Shown here: positions 1 through 14,702 of the stretch, in pieces
Numbering within the stretch: position 1 is the first letter of the stretch
Layout: each line of letters begins with the position of its first letter
DNA from: Octopus sinensis
Taxonomy: Eukaryota
Direction of reading: 5' to 3'
DNA: 64,000 bases
Assembly: GCF_006345805.1 (NCBI RefSeq)
Contig: NC_042999.1
Location: 84,568,001 to 84,632,000, forward strand
Notes under the pieces: model-generated
Databases searched by the model: none
The model's input: the letters and a program-made list of their open reading frames with translations, nothing else
What the model was told of the DNA's origin: nothing
Translations under genes and position numbers: made by a program

Positions 1-172
1 TTTCTGAGATCATTTACAGAAATGTAACTCTTTGAGGTTCCAGCTTAAACGCTCATATATAACAAGGGAAAAGGAGAAGAAAGTTTACATTTCGATCGCC
101 ATTCGGAGCTTATCCTACGCGTAGTATTATTTGTTGCTATATTGCAATTTCAAGTAGTCCATAAAATTCACA

Positions 173-222
<50 letters not shown>

Positions 223-229
223 AACATAT

Positions 230-480
230 ATCTTTTATCGTTTATCTTTTACTTGTTTCGTTCATTACACTGCGGCCATGCCGGGGCACCGCCACAAAGA
301 ATTTCTAGTCGAACGTGTCGACTACAGTGCCTTTTTTCCATAAAGTCTGGCATTTATTCTGTAGAACTTTGTTTAAAACCTGATACTTATTTTGTCGATC
401 TAGATTATGGGGACATAAACACAACAACACTGGTTGTGAAGCGGTGATGGTGGGACAAACATAGACACAGAGACACATAA
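230..480 (-). mobile_element. tRNA-derived SINE family A, 3' half (diverged)
   Basis: Reverse complement matches the 1995-2210 copy (GCGGTGC..GCATGGCCGCAGT..GAAACAAGTAAAAG tail; TTTGTCCC..CATC body). Confidence 0.75.
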
Positions 481-544
<64 letters not shown>

Positions 545-590
545 AATAAGGATAAGACTGTTAGACAAAATAATGATCACACACAAACAC

Positions 591-644
<54 letters not shown>

Positions 645-648
<4 letters not shown>

Positions 649-1256
649 ATAGTAAATAAGGTAATAACCAGTGATCTAGCACAAAATACAAATTAGTATT
701 TAGACTATAAGTTATTCATATATAAGTACATTATAAACGTTTTTAATTTTCATTCTATTTCATGAATTTATCCCCTTTCGTATCTAGTACATGCTTCTTT
801 ATTTAGGGGCCTTTTAATGTACTTATATATGAATAACATATAGTCTAATGACTAATTTGTCTTTTGTGCTAGATCACTGGTTATAATAATTTATTTTATT
901 ACCCTATTTACTATGTTTGAATATCGCTCGATAAATTTGCTCGTAGACTTTCTACCGGCATGCCCTCTGTTCGCCGGGTATGATTTGCGTCTGCGCACTG
1001 GTCTGAAAAGTTAGAGTATACAGGTCGTTAGATTTGCACGTGCTTCTAATTATATGTACTTCTCGGGTTGCAAAGGCTGCTTGCTGATGAGTCTAGCCTT
1101 GGCAGATAAATTATATTCATTTGCTAAAAAAAAGAAGAAACTGCAGTACAAGATTAGCTGAGTTGGTAAACGTTTTTAATTTTCATTCCATTTCATGAGT
1201 TTATCCCCTTTCGTGTATCTAGTACTTGCTTCTTTATTTAGGGGCCTTTTAATGTA

Positions 1257-1265
<9 letters not shown>
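645..1265 (+). mobile_element. Penelope-like pLTR / retrozyme-like fold-back element inserted in (TA)n
   Basis: Inverted arms 645-733/815-918, direct repeat 734-830/1167-1265, hammerhead motif 1080-1152, (TA)n on both sides. Confidence 0.7.
1080..1152 (+). ncRNA. Type I minimal hammerhead ribozyme motif (stem II base degenerate)
   Basis: cttg-CTGATGA-[stem II TTGGCAGAT/ATTTGCTAA]-GAAA-c-tgca-g-TA-caag; stem I cttg/caag, palindromic stem III. Confidence 0.6.
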
Positions 1266-1338
<73 letters not shown>

Positions 1339-1908
1339 GCTACGTTTTGAACAATGAAGAATTTGTACCGGATTTTTGTACCGGAGTTTTGAATTCTTTT
1401 AAACATTGTTTTGCAATTGCATGATAATGCAGACATAGACTTGCCCAAATGCATCAATAAATTAACATTGCTATTGTTTTCACCGTTGTTACAATCACCT
1501 GAAATGGATATGTCCCTCATTTTCCACAGGTCTAGTCTTTCTAAGTCTTCTCTTGATCTTCTCGTGCTTCATTTTCTATCTTTCAAACATCGAACAGCCA
1601 TGTGCACTCATTCCCTCCATCTATTTCGGTCTTGTGCCTCCCTCTCCCTATCGAAAACTGAAACTCTTCCCTGGGGCATATATACATATATATATATATA
1701 ATGGAATAAATGCTGTGAAGCATTATGTAGAATATATTGCATAAAAGATCTTGGATAAGGCCAAAACAATGCGAAGTAAATGCAAGGTAAATCACAAGCA
1801 CATATTTGTTTTCTTGGTTGGTAAGCAAGCTACTTACCACACAGCCACTCCTACTGTAAAAGTCTATTATTTCTGTATTTTGATAAAACAAAATACGTAT
1901 ATATTTGA

Positions 1909-1989
<81 letters not shown>

Positions 1990-1994
1990 GTACA

Positions 1995-2210
1995 TGTTTG
2001 TGTGTCTGTGTTTGTCCTCCCCCCAACATCGCTTAACAACCGATGCTGGTGTATTTACGTCCCCCTAACTTAGCGATTCGGCAAAAAAGACCAATAGAAT
2101 AAGTACTAGGCTTACAAAGAATAAGTCCTGGGGTCAATTTGCTCGACTAAAGGCGGTGCTCCAGCATGGCCGGAGTCAAATGACTGAAACAAGTAAGAGA
2201 GTAAAAGAGT
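1995..2210 (+). mobile_element. SINE family A, 3' half
   Basis: Body and tail recur at 230-480, 49895-50265, 57620-57885, 58398-58446; ends GGCGGTGCTCCAGCATGGCC..AGTCAAATGACTGAAACAAGTAAGAGAG. Confidence 0.85.
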
Positions 2211-3072
2211 ATACATCTACCCAGTTACTAATGCGTAAGCTTTGATAGTAATTTTCCGTTATATATATTTTCGAAATAATGACACGTATATTTCATACTA
2301 TGAGCATGTAGTCTTTACAGCATGCCGACATGCATGTTTGTACAGTATCAATAGGTGTATTTTCAGCTAATACGTGTTTTCACAGTAATTTTATATATTA
2401 TTTTTATTGTAGTAATATGTAAGTTACCCTAGGAATATGTATATTTTCACGACATCAATAAGTATTTCTTCAAAATATTTCTAAGAATAGAATAACATCT
2501 CATCTGTGTAAACATTCAACTGTTATCGTGAATCATGTTTTATTCACCTGACATACTTTTATTCAATTAGACTACTATGTTTTATAATATATTTCTTATC
2601 ATGTATGTGTATTTCTATAAATGCTATTCATATTTCACTAACAAATGTGTGAGGCTATAGCATGAACTCCACAAGGTTATCATATCTCCGAATCAAGTTA
2701 CGTAACTTTTACTCTGAATAACGACTATATATTGCGCTACACTAGTCTTTTTAGATAATAAATATAGATATAAATATAAATAAATTAGTGAAAGATAGCT
2801 GGGGAAATTTAAGCGGCAGTGGCAGTAGAAACAAAAGTATAATACAATCAAAGTATTATTAAAAAAAAGAGAGATAAATAAAAGATATGAGAGCAATTCT
2901 TTTGTAAAATAAATATAAAGAATATTTCTAGAGCTGCGAACGAAATACTTTGAGAGATGTGGTTAGGTTTGATTACGTTCTGGGGGCAAATAAGTACGTT
3001 TTGAATTTTAGAGTGAATTCTAGATTGAAAAATACCAACAACAATACCAACAACAATATCATCATCATCATC

Positions 3073-3149
<77 letters not shown>

Positions 3150-3160
3150 TAATAATAATA
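3073..3160. repeat. (AAT)n microsatellite
   Basis: Direct reading. Confidence 0.95.
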
Positions 3161-4379
3161 TACTGACAAACATATCGAGTACAGAATCATAGAAAATTGA
3201 TAGACTACAAAAATATCTTATATAGATTCATGGAAAATTAATATAAATACCTAAGAATCATGAAGAACCAAAAAATTTGTTTTCTGTCTTCAAGGATGCC
3301 AATAAATACAAAACAGAGGCTGCAATATGGAGAATTATGAAAACAATGGGAAAACAACAACAGAATCCTGAAACAGTTAAAAAATTAGGGTCATGATAAA
3401 ATTCCATGTGAACAAAATAGAAATGGATAAAGAAAATTCGCAACATTGGCTGAGGACCACAAGATTCAGAGCAGAGTATAAAGGCTCTTGATTGTTGTAC
3501 AGCGCCTTTCCTACCAGAAACCGTTAAAAGCATACAATGAAGCAGAACACAGTATGATTTGGCAGAATATGTAGAGATGGAAAAGAAGCAATTCCCCACA
3601 TTATCTCTGGTTATCCATTCTCAGCTAAGACAGAATACATCCACAAGTATCACAGATATAAGACTGATATTTCCCAAACCTTAAGGTAAAGGTTACCAAA
3701 ACACAAATCCTATTCTTGTTTATACCAATACGCATTCACAGTGTGATCAAGGATAATTGAGCAGGTAATATTGCCAAGAATGACAACGGAAATAAGGGCA
3801 AGCTGATTGACATTACTATGACTGGTGTTTCTATAGTAAGAAAAACAAATTGAAAAGAGGCCTTAAGGTATCAATTGTATATCAAGACGGATGATATTTC
3901 AACCAGCTAGGAAAATTTTAATTAACTAGTTACCGTGAGATCAAGATTATGCTAACAATTAAGATTTGAATAGAAATAAAAACAACTTGTCTATTTGAAA
4001 ATAATAAGCCAGTAAGAATTTAACAAGTTACACACAGCAGAACATATAAGGAGAAACCTGAGTTTTGAGGGAGAGAAGATTGAATGATGTATCCATAATT
4101 AATAAAACTATGGTAATAAAAATATGGTCAAGTATCCCGAATCTTTTTCACGTGTGAGGAAAGAAATTGAACTCAATAAGATGCAAGTGTTGCTGGCACT
4201 GGTGCTATAATGTTCCTTGTTCAGTGCTCAATAATCAGAAGAGAGGTAGGAGAAAACTTGACTTTCATGCCTACCCATAGTGTTTCTGGTTAAATGCTAC
4301 ACGAAACGTTACATAAACTGGTGGTCAGGAGTCACTCCTATCTGCCTTTACTTCTCATGACAGATCATAGCTCGAGGAC

Positions 4380-5130
4380 TATGACGCTTCTAGTCCCACT
4401 ATTGTCTCGGGAATAGTGCCCTACCTATGAAGACGGATGGATCAATATCCTCAAAGTGATATTCGTAGGTTTTATCTTCTCAAGAAAAAGAGAGGAGGAG
4501 ATATATTAAAATGCGAGGAAGCGGTAAGAAGTGAAAGAAAAATTTGGTGTTCTCTAAACCTAATGGATGTGACCAGTTGCTGATTGGTGTCAAAGTTTCG
4601 GATGTGATGTACACTGCTAACTATGTTGATAAGCATCTGAAGAGAAGGAAAGGATCATAACGAATGGAAAGGTAATGTATGAACAGTTTGTCAGAGGTAG
4701 TCTGAAGGATATTTGGAGTCGATGCAAAGTCAAACATAGATGTTGGAATTAAGGCATTATTCTGCTCAGCAAAAGAATAATAATTTAAGCGCCTTTACGT
4801 AAGCTTAGAGGTAAAATAGATGAAAGCGTTAGAACATTGTGAATGAATACAGTAAAGCTTCTCAAGCAGACTGAGAATACTATACGCATTCATCAATGGA
4901 AACTAAGTGAAAAATATAATTTTGAGAGAGCAGATAAGGGATAGGAATATCGACTTAATGCAGTGGAATAGAATTATGAAGATATCAGATTTCAGCATTC
5001 AGTGTTTGGCTGACACTGAAAACAAAGGAATAGGAGAAGAGATGATGCCACTCGTGCTCCACAGTCCGAGGGAAATATTGGTACTCTAGTGTCTGGTGTG
5101 ACTGAATGCGAGATTTATGACCCGAGATAT
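4380..5130 (+). pseudogene. Decayed R4/Dong-like non-LTR retrotransposon 3' region
   Basis: Manual translation gives YPQSDIRRFYLLKKKRGGDILKCEEAV, KALFCSAKE and DFSIQC, paralleling HPKSD.DRLY..R..GGRGL and LICAAQEQ in the 35.4 kb copy. Confidence 0.55.
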
Positions 5131-5539
5131 GGGCGATGATAGGGACCCAGGATTAATTGTGAATTTCGGAATAAAGATATGGTGAGCATATAAATAATAG
5201 AGGGAGAATAGTGGTCGTAAAACGAAAAATAAATCCAATCAACTTAGGACCATACAAACTTAACAAACATAGATTAGAGTAGGACTGATAAGTTATAACC
5301 AGGAAGTAACCAGCGGGGAGGAAAGTGCGAATCAATATCCAACTGAGAAACGGTTGTAAGAGGAACTTATTATCCGAAGTCACAAGACAAAGAATGGAAC
5401 TTGGCTATTACTCCCACGAAAGATGCATTGTTTGACCTAGGGCGCGTGCCGCTAAGAGGTGGTAGAATAAAACTATTTTATATGCCTGGGTGATAGTGGT
5501 GAGTACCGGCAGCTGAGTCAGGATACGGAAGTTAACGGA

Positions 5540-6210
5540 TCGTGGATTATGAAATAACTGGTATCAAGCTGATCTATGTTGCTTTTAAGCAGGACTCTTG
5601 CTGCAATGTGTGTTAGAAGAATCGATTGCTTGCTTTCAATGCCTATGTAAAGAGCCAGTCGTGGAAGGCGTTGGTAGCGGTGAATTGGTGCAAAAATCAT
5701 ATTTCTGTTTCTGAAAGACCGGGTTTTATGTGTGACCGTTCGTGAAATTAGCTGCAGAACTGAATGTTCCAGAAAATTTATAATAGCATACAAGATGTTT
5801 CACACGTGTTTCTTGTCTATCATTATTCCTTAGTATTTTACATTTCTCTGGATTGAAATTAAAGCCAATCTTTTTGGTGTTCTCTGGCAGTCTGTGTGTC
5901 TTGTCCTGGATATGTTCGCTGGTGTATGATATCAATGCTACGTCGTCCGTGAAGTCGTGATCTTCGAGCGTGCTTGTGAGGCTCCATCTAATGTCATTCT
6001 TATGACTTTCTGTTGTTCATCACATGACCCAGTTTATCGTCATGAGAAGCAGGAAGCCTAGCAAAACACATCCCTACTTGACTCCATTTGTAACCTTAAA
6101 CCATCTAGTCTTCGAGTGTGCAGTAGTGGACAACGAGGGTTGTTCGGTTGCGCTTCTTGTCTTGTAGAATCCAACTTGCTCTTTCCGGAGTACCTGATCT
6201 GCCCTTCTCC
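5540..6210 (-). pseudogene. RTE-clade LINE reverse transcriptase fragment
   Basis: Broken frames contain LRKEQVGF..TRS, a degenerate GV.QGC, LEDHDFTDDVALISYTSEHIQDKT.RL and GFNFNPEKCKIL. Confidence 0.7.
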
Positions 6211-6214
6211 ATAT

Positions 6215-6528
6215 GTTGGAAGATAAGGACAATGCTTACCGCAGGTAAAGCAGCTCATGAAGTCCGCGTGATGGTGAGGTATACATTAGATATGCTAGGC
6301 TTGATTGAGGCCAGATGGAAAGGCACAGGGCGAGTAACAGTGAAAGAAGGCAACACAACGCTACTTTACACAAGAAACGACGACGAACATCAAGGTAGAG
6401 TAGCACTAATGATAAGCAAAGAAGCACTGAGAAGTCTCATGGAATGGATACCAATAACAAGTAGGGTGATTGGTGTCGGACTCTATTCACATGCAAATAA
6501 ATTAACAGTTATCATAGAGAGTAAATAG
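6215..6528 (+). pseudogene. RTE-clade AP-endonuclease N-terminal fragment
   Basis: WKIRTM..GK......RY.LDMLGLIEARW.G.G..TLLY....HQGRVALMISK..LMEW.PI.SR is the RTE APE N-terminus pattern. Confidence 0.75.
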
Positions 6529-8320
6529 AAAACTAACTGCGTTGGGCGCTGATCAATTATTATATATCTAAAGCATACCTTGCAGCTTTGCAGCATGCAT
6601 TCGGTTTTGGTCCGGCATTCAGAAGCTTGAAATCTAATTTTTGAATTGGCATCATTTCATTTGGCACCGTACATAGCTACTTTTCAAAACTGTTTAGCTT
6701 TTCCCGTTAGAAGTGTCAAAATATTTCCCTATCCTAATGCATTAGCAACCTCGGTATTAATCATTGTGTTGTACTTACTTTCTTTAAATATTTTATTATA
6801 TTTATTTAACTATTAGATTATGAAATAACTAAATAACAACAGCATTTCTTTCATTTTACAAACCTTATAGCTAAACAAACTTTGACAGTAATAACCTACG
6901 TATTTCTGCCACTTAATAATAACAAACATTTTCCCACTGAAAAATAAATAAGACACAAAACATCAATATGTGTAACCTGTAAAAATTTCTAGATCACACG
7001 TCTGAAGTAATTCTGTCGGCTGATCGGAAAACAAATATCGAAAGGAATATCTAATGAAAAATGCGATTAGTTATTGTGTGAAACCGTTTTCATGACGCCA
7101 TGCATCGATCGTTTCTTAAAGAACAGAACAGTTCAATAAAAGATGACAACCAAACGAGAATTCAACACAGAATTAAAATAAATAATGATTTCTTTAAAAA
7201 AAAATAATTAAAATATATGCACAAATAATTGTATTCAAATAAAAAGAGAACAATCTCAGGTGAATATTATTTAAAAGAATAGAATTCTCAATGAGTAATG
7301 AGTTAAATTGTTCATTATGTAATTTATTTTTTCTTCGGTTTTTATTTTCATTTTTCAATTTCAACTACTTAATATTCTAAATTACTTCGAAAATACTTTT
7401 AAAATATTTTTTCGAATAAGAAATCCATACATTGAAATCAGTTTCTATTCACAACTATTTAAATTTAAGTGATCAGCCACGACAACAGATTAATTTGAGT
7501 TGCATGATTTATATTGTACTAGGTTTACAAGAAGCGAATAATTGATTGGCAAACGAAACGAATAATACTATTTTCTGAAGACGGATATTTAGCTAACTAA
7601 ACACTATATATAACTTAGAAAGTTGAAATAACCACAAAAACTCTTGTTTTTCTTTTTTACTTTTCTTTTTTTTTCTAATTATAACTGCAGTAATAAATTT
7701 GTGACGAGTGCTGTAGAATAAAAGGTTATACCTTCGCAATTGTGTTTTCACATCCAGTAATCGAATCCCGGTGCGAGTGACAAACAAAGTACTGTCAACT
7801 ATTTCCCCATTAGTCTTAACTATTTAGACAGCTTGGCAATTATACAATTAAGTCATTTCGCGGTCTAGTGTCTCGTCCACAGAAATCCATTCTGTGACTA
7901 TTTGATACTAAGACAAAAAGCACAGAAGTATCTTATTCAGATCAAAAGACATAGAACAACAAAAGGTCCTAATACGAAGACCAATGTGCAAAAGACAAAG
8001 TCATTACTCAAGCTATGACAGCATGGTCTTGTTTCTTTTTGTTATTTTCTTTTTGGTTTGACCGGTTTTGTAATGAATCATTATAACTACTTGTAATGGC
8101 ATGATGCCAAATTACATTGCGCAATACCTAACAGAAGTTAATAACAATATGGAATTGAAACCCTACTAAATTTCAACAACGAAGTTAAAATAGTTCTCGA
8201 CACTGTTAGTACAAATAACATTTCACTATACTTTTATATACCTACATAGATACATACACACATGCACACACTCACATACATATATGTATGTGTGTGTTTG
8301 TGTAAATATATATATACATG

Positions 8321-9436
8321 CAGGGTGCGTAAGATATTTGAGGACAGATTTATATTTATTAAAAAAAATTATAATAACAGATAATAACTTTATTTATCAA
8401 AAGATGCTTTGGGGATGAAAATAAACCTTCTTTTCTATAATGTTATTCAATAAAACCACCTGCAGCCTCAACAACTGCTTCTATATGAGATCTAAATCAT
8501 CTACATGCTCGAATCAAGTTGTCCTGGCTGATTTTGGACATTATTCTGACAATGGCAGCTTTCAAAGAAGCTCTGGTATTATGGACCTGTTAATTAACCT
8601 CTATCTCAACAACGCTCCATATATGTAATAGTCCAACGAATTGAGATCTGCAGAATTAGGAGGCAACATTTTAGGAGTTAGGTGATTATGAACATTTTCA
8701 GGTATCCATTCTCGTGTTACTGTGATAGCGCAGAGTCTTACTGAAACACACATGTCCTTCCATTGCATAAACGGTCTATCCAAGACTTAACAATTGTTTC
8801 CAGGACTTAAATGTAGGCGGCAGAATTAAATTTAAGACCTTGTGGATAGAAGTAAGGAGGTATCACATGTCCTTCATTGCTGATAAAATCTAAAACCATG
8901 ACAGTTGCTGGAAATTTTGTAAGCATAACACTTAGAACTTCAGATCTGATGTAGTGATTTTCTTTTGCGTTTTCTGATAAACTGACATTTCCTCATCATA
9001 TAAGACTTGTAGCTGATGATTTCATGGACAACATTTCTGACTGTTCCTTCTGACACAATGAGATCTTTTGCAATTGACCTCATGGACTTTCTGGGATTGT
9101 AATCAATGGTCTGTTGAACTTGCTGAATAAATTCAAGTATTCTAATGATTTCAGAGCGTTTTGAATGCTTTTTATGCTTTGATACTGGTGATACGTTTCT
9201 ATATTCAGTCTCTAACTCCTTACAAACCTTGTAGACAAAAGATCTGGCAACTTTTGAGAGTCAAAATATTTCTAAATCACTATGCTCAGTCTTCATAACC
9301 ACAATAACAGCATTGCTCTTCATTTCTTGAGTAAGCTGAGGGTCTGCCATTATTATTTTCTGAAACAAAGATTATACAGAGCTAGCAAAAAATGCAGCAA
9401 TGACCCAAAAATGTATTTTCTCAAATACCTTACCTG
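8321..9436 (-). mobile_element. Tc1/mariner-superfamily DNA transposon (maT/DD37D-like), decayed
   Basis: Imperfect TIRs CAGGGTGCGTAAGATATTTGAG (8321) and CTCAAATACCTTACCTG (to 9436); broken transposase from ATG at 9350 with LPPNSADLNSLDYYIYG (WPPNSPDLNPLDY motif). Confidence 0.75.
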
Positions 9437-10138
9437 AATATATATAATCACATGCATGCACACTAACACACACATATCTGTGTGCACGTGTGTGAGAAAG
9501 TGTGAGTGCAAGTATATTTGTGTATATGTTTGTATATGTACTGAAAAAAAAGGTATCCACACTATGGAAAACACATAGTAATGGTCAAAGGATTTAAATG
9601 CAGTCTCTAGAACTTGGGCCATAATGCCAACAGTGGGTTTGAAAGAAATTCTGATGTAGATAAATACAATAATAAACTACTCCCACATATGATTAAATTG
9701 AAGCATGTTTAAGGAAATTAACTAAAAGAAGGTTGTCACCACTATTAACTGTAGAATGGTCTTTCTTTTTATCAGAGTATTGCTTAAATACTAGCAAGCA
9801 ATATTCATATGGAAATGTCAAATAACACATAACATATATACTAAAACACTAACCATCATTGGCAAAAGATAAAATCAGTAATTAAAAAATAAAACATCAG
9901 AATTGGGCAAACAATTTTATATCGTCCCCATATATTCAGAACGTTGAACATAAATAAATACATATTAAAATACAAGGGCGTTCAGCACACAAAACCCGAA
10001 GGTATAAGAGCATTCATATATATATACATATACAAAACGTGTGAAAAACCTGTAAAGAACGATGCGTATGAAGGCGTTTGAAGAAAATGCATGATGAAAA
10101 TATGAATATACATATAGCAAGGCGACCACAAATTAAAA

Positions 10139-10185
<47 letters not shown>

Positions 10186-11310
10186 GAGATTGCTAATCAT
10201 TTAAGGTAAAAGGAATCCAGCATAATGTCGATCGTAAAGTGCAAGAATGAATTCAAGTCTACGGTCGTTTCAGGAGCCACTGCCACAATCCATCAACACA
10301 TTAAAACACAAAAACTGGCAATGGCCCCTTCATCAGGAAAACTATCTTTTATTTTTTAACCACTGTTCGACCACTAAATCCACAATTTTTTTCTATTCTC
10401 TCTCTATCTATTGTCTCTTATTCCTATCTGTTGAAGAGTGTAGGTTCCAAACTTAAAAGACGTTCTCACTTTCCTGTGTGTCAAACTAATACACCTGCTT
10501 ATTGTTCATACACCTGTCTTCGTCTTATGTTTTTTTGTAAAGTTCAACTGTATACATATATAACCTATCCTCCGACGGTAAAACACTACAATAAATTCCC
10601 AATATCAAGCATCTACAAAATAATAAAAACAATTTTTAAACGAATTAAATAACATTAGCTTTAGGTAAAGAAAATTGTCGAGGATATAGCATGAGCTATA
10701 GCATTCCATAAAATGAGCATAAAATGAAGCCTGCAATATTCTAATTCTGAAAGATAAATATTTTCCAGTACTCATAAATTTCAGAAACGTTTCAATGCTA
10801 GCTGCATTTGATGCGATGATGTTGCATTTAAAATATGTTCATACAATAATATCATAGAAAATGTAACACTCTAACCCAACCAACAGAGACCAACAAAGAC
10901 ACTAGCTCTTGTCTGTTTGACAGCAAAATCGATTATCCAACCTTAGTTAATTTGCGTTAAATACCAATTTTTTAAATAAAATTATAGCTGTTTAAAAATT
11001 CAAACAGCTTCCTAACCAAGTGTGCAGATTGATATGTGAATTGATGACGGATACAACAGTAATAAAAAGGTGGGAATAACATGTCAGTTTAGTTAAGAAT
11101 TGCTTCCGAACATCTTCCGACATCTTTTGTTTTATAAATGTGACAATGGATATATTGACATACAAACGTACACGCGTACACGCACATATGCATATGAGTT
11201 TACAATTCATATCATATATTATATGTATGTACGCATGCATTATGTCTGTATGTGCATGCATGTATGTGCGTGTGTGTGTATGTGTGTGTGTAGCAAATGT
11301 TGTTATATAT

Positions 11311-11508
11311 CACCAGTCACAATACACCTCGCTTTCGAGTGTCGAGTGATGCTACCTCGTTGACCATGGATGGTCAATATATATATATTATATATATATA
11401 TAATATATATATATATAAAAGTATGTATGTATGTATATGTATATATACATATATATATATAAAAGTATGTATGTATATATATATATATAAAAGTATGTAT
11501 GTATGTAT

Positions 11509-11540
<32 letters not shown>

Positions 11541-11692
11541 TGACCTGCTCTCCTGTGGTCAGCGAAATTATTTATTTTTCTGTCTGTTAGGCTGCGTGTC
11601 TGTGTCTCTGTTTATCTATCCATCCTTTTCCTCATGTTTGCGCATGTTTGTTTGTGAGTGTGTGCACGTCTATGTGCACTTGTGTGTGCATT

Positions 11693-11749
<57 letters not shown>

Positions 11750-11812
11750 TCTCCCATGGTCAGCAAAGTGGCATCACTCGATACTCGAAAGTGAGGTGTA
11801 TTGTGACTAGTG
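11311..11812. mobile_element. MITE-like element with ~60-bp TIRs and microsatellite interior
   Basis: 11311-11372 is the imperfect reverse complement of 11751-11812; termini CACCA..TAGTG. Confidence 0.7.
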
Positions 11813-11817
11813 AGATG

Positions 11818-12130
<313 letters not shown>

Positions 12131-12464
12131 ATTAGCTTACACATACTAATGAAGATGAATGAACAATAATCAAAATTACACTTTTTAAAGATTCCTGCCA
12201 ACTTGTCAGAATGCATCAGAATATTCAAAAAACACGCATTGATTTCTATAGGAAAGGTAAGAGTACTGTAAACTGAAGAGTAGTTTTCAAACGCTTGTCT
12301 TTGTATTTTTTTTTTCTTTTTCATTTTGGCAGTCTAATTCAATCATTTCTCCTTGAATTCTTCATTTCCCTTCTCCAAGAATAACCCAAAAGAATATGAG
12401 ATCGTTCACAATAATATTTATCTATCTGCATATCTCTATCTATTTCTTTAACTATATATATATA

Positions 12465-12522
<58 letters not shown>

Positions 12523-12877
12523 TATATAATATATATATATATGTATATATACACACGTACATATAATACCTGCACACGTGCATTTTTCTCTTTCTCTGTA
12601 TATGCTTCTCTTACATACGCGTTTCACAATGTATGTGTATGCATATGTATGTACTGGAGACAATTGTTGTGCGTCAAACGAAGAAAATCTGTGATAGAAT
12701 AATAAACTGTATGTATTCAATTTGCGTCAATTCCCAACTCATTATAATTTATCATCTTGAGATTTACTATATGAAAATTGTGATTCGATTCATATTTTTA
12801 GATATACAAAATATTTTTAGAATATTACCGCAGTTTTACGTCTACGAATGCGTGTGTGGTGGAGGGAACCTTGTCAG

Positions 12878-12977
12878 TGTATGTGAGTGTGTTTCTGTGT
12901 GTGTGTGCGAGTGAGTGCATGTGTGTGTCTCTGCGTGTAAGCATACACACACACACATATATATATATATCTATATA

Positions 12978-13016
<39 letters not shown>

Positions 13017-13068
13017 GAATATGCATATATACATATATATATATAATATATACATACATATATATATA

Positions 13069-13128
<60 letters not shown>

Positions 13129-13525
13129 ATATAATACATACATATATATACATACATACATATATATGTATATATATATATACATATATGTTCATATATA
13201 TCCGTCGATAAACATATTTCAAGCTCGTCTATTGGTATATGAATGTATGTATCTTAGTATTCTAAAATCAAATATGCGCCTGTGAATTATGTGCATGTAT
13301 ATATATATATATATGTGTGTGTGTGTGAGTGTGTTTCTGTGTGTGTGTGCGAGTGAGTGCATGTGTGTGTCTCTGCGTGTAAGCATACACACACACATTT
13401 ATATATCTATATATAGATGTGTGTATATATATATATATATATTTGAATATGCATATATACATATATATATATGCATATATATATATATATATATATATCT
13501 ATATATATATATATTATATATATAC

Positions 13526-13619
<94 letters not shown>

Positions 13620-13700
13620 TATATATATATACATATATGTTCATATACATCAGTCGATAAACACATATTTCAACCTCGTCTATTGGTATATGAATGTATG
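12878..13700. repeat. Tandem duplication (~440-bp unit) of a microsatellite-rich block
   Basis: Unique anchors GCGAGTGAGTGCATGTGTGTGTCTCTGCGTGTAAGC and GTCGATAAAC..CTCGTCTATTGGTATATGAATG each occur twice in the same order. Confidence 0.8.
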
Positions 13701-14100
13701 GATTTACGTATGTATGTATATATATATATATATATACACATACACACACACATATATATATACATGACTACGTGTGTGTGTGAGAATGCATGTACGAATA
13801 TATATTTATATATATTTATATATATATATATTTATACATACACACAAATACAGATACATATATAGAGAGAGAGAAGGGGAGGGGTGAGTAAGAGAAACTG
13901 AGCGAGAGGAAATTGATTATATCTCTATGCTTCTTTCGGTCTTTCTAATAATAATTTGTCGCATACGCTATTAAATATAGATATAATTTTGTACACGCAA
14001 TCGTATATCTCCATTTGGATATGTGTGATATGCGCACACATGTTATCATACCTCTGATTGTGCGCCTTTATATGTGTGCATACTTTTGTACCGAAGCAGT

Positions 14101-14173
<73 letters not shown>

Positions 14174-14186
14174 ACATATATATACG

Positions 14187-14218
<32 letters not shown>

Positions 14219-14493
14219 ATATACGCAAGTAGGTATGTCTGTGTGCGGGAATATGTATTTTAATACATAAATATATATGTGTGTGTATATATATATATAT
14301 ATATACATATGTTCATATGTATATGTTATTATGTGTAAATATATATGTACACACTTGTATATATGTATATATAAATGTATATTTGTATATATATTTTATA
14401 AGTATGTGTGTGTGTAGACATATATATGCATGTATGTATATATACATACATGTCTTAAGAATTTTTAAATATATATATAACATATATATATGC

Positions 14494-14534
<41 letters not shown>

Positions 14535-14642
14535 CGTATATATATATTTGTGTAAAGATATGTTATACATGTGTGTGTATATATGTATATATAAATGTGT
14601 ATATATATATTTATATTATATATATTATATATTATATATATA

Positions 14643-14696
<54 letters not shown>

Positions 14697-14702
<6 letters not shown>

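Noticed and set aside
10250-10465. Hammerhead-like remnants (minus TTGATGG..GAAACGACCGTA; plus TTGAAGAGTGTAGGTTCCAAAC)
   Set aside because: Core nucleotides and stems are too degenerate to call, although a PLE-end origin is plausible.
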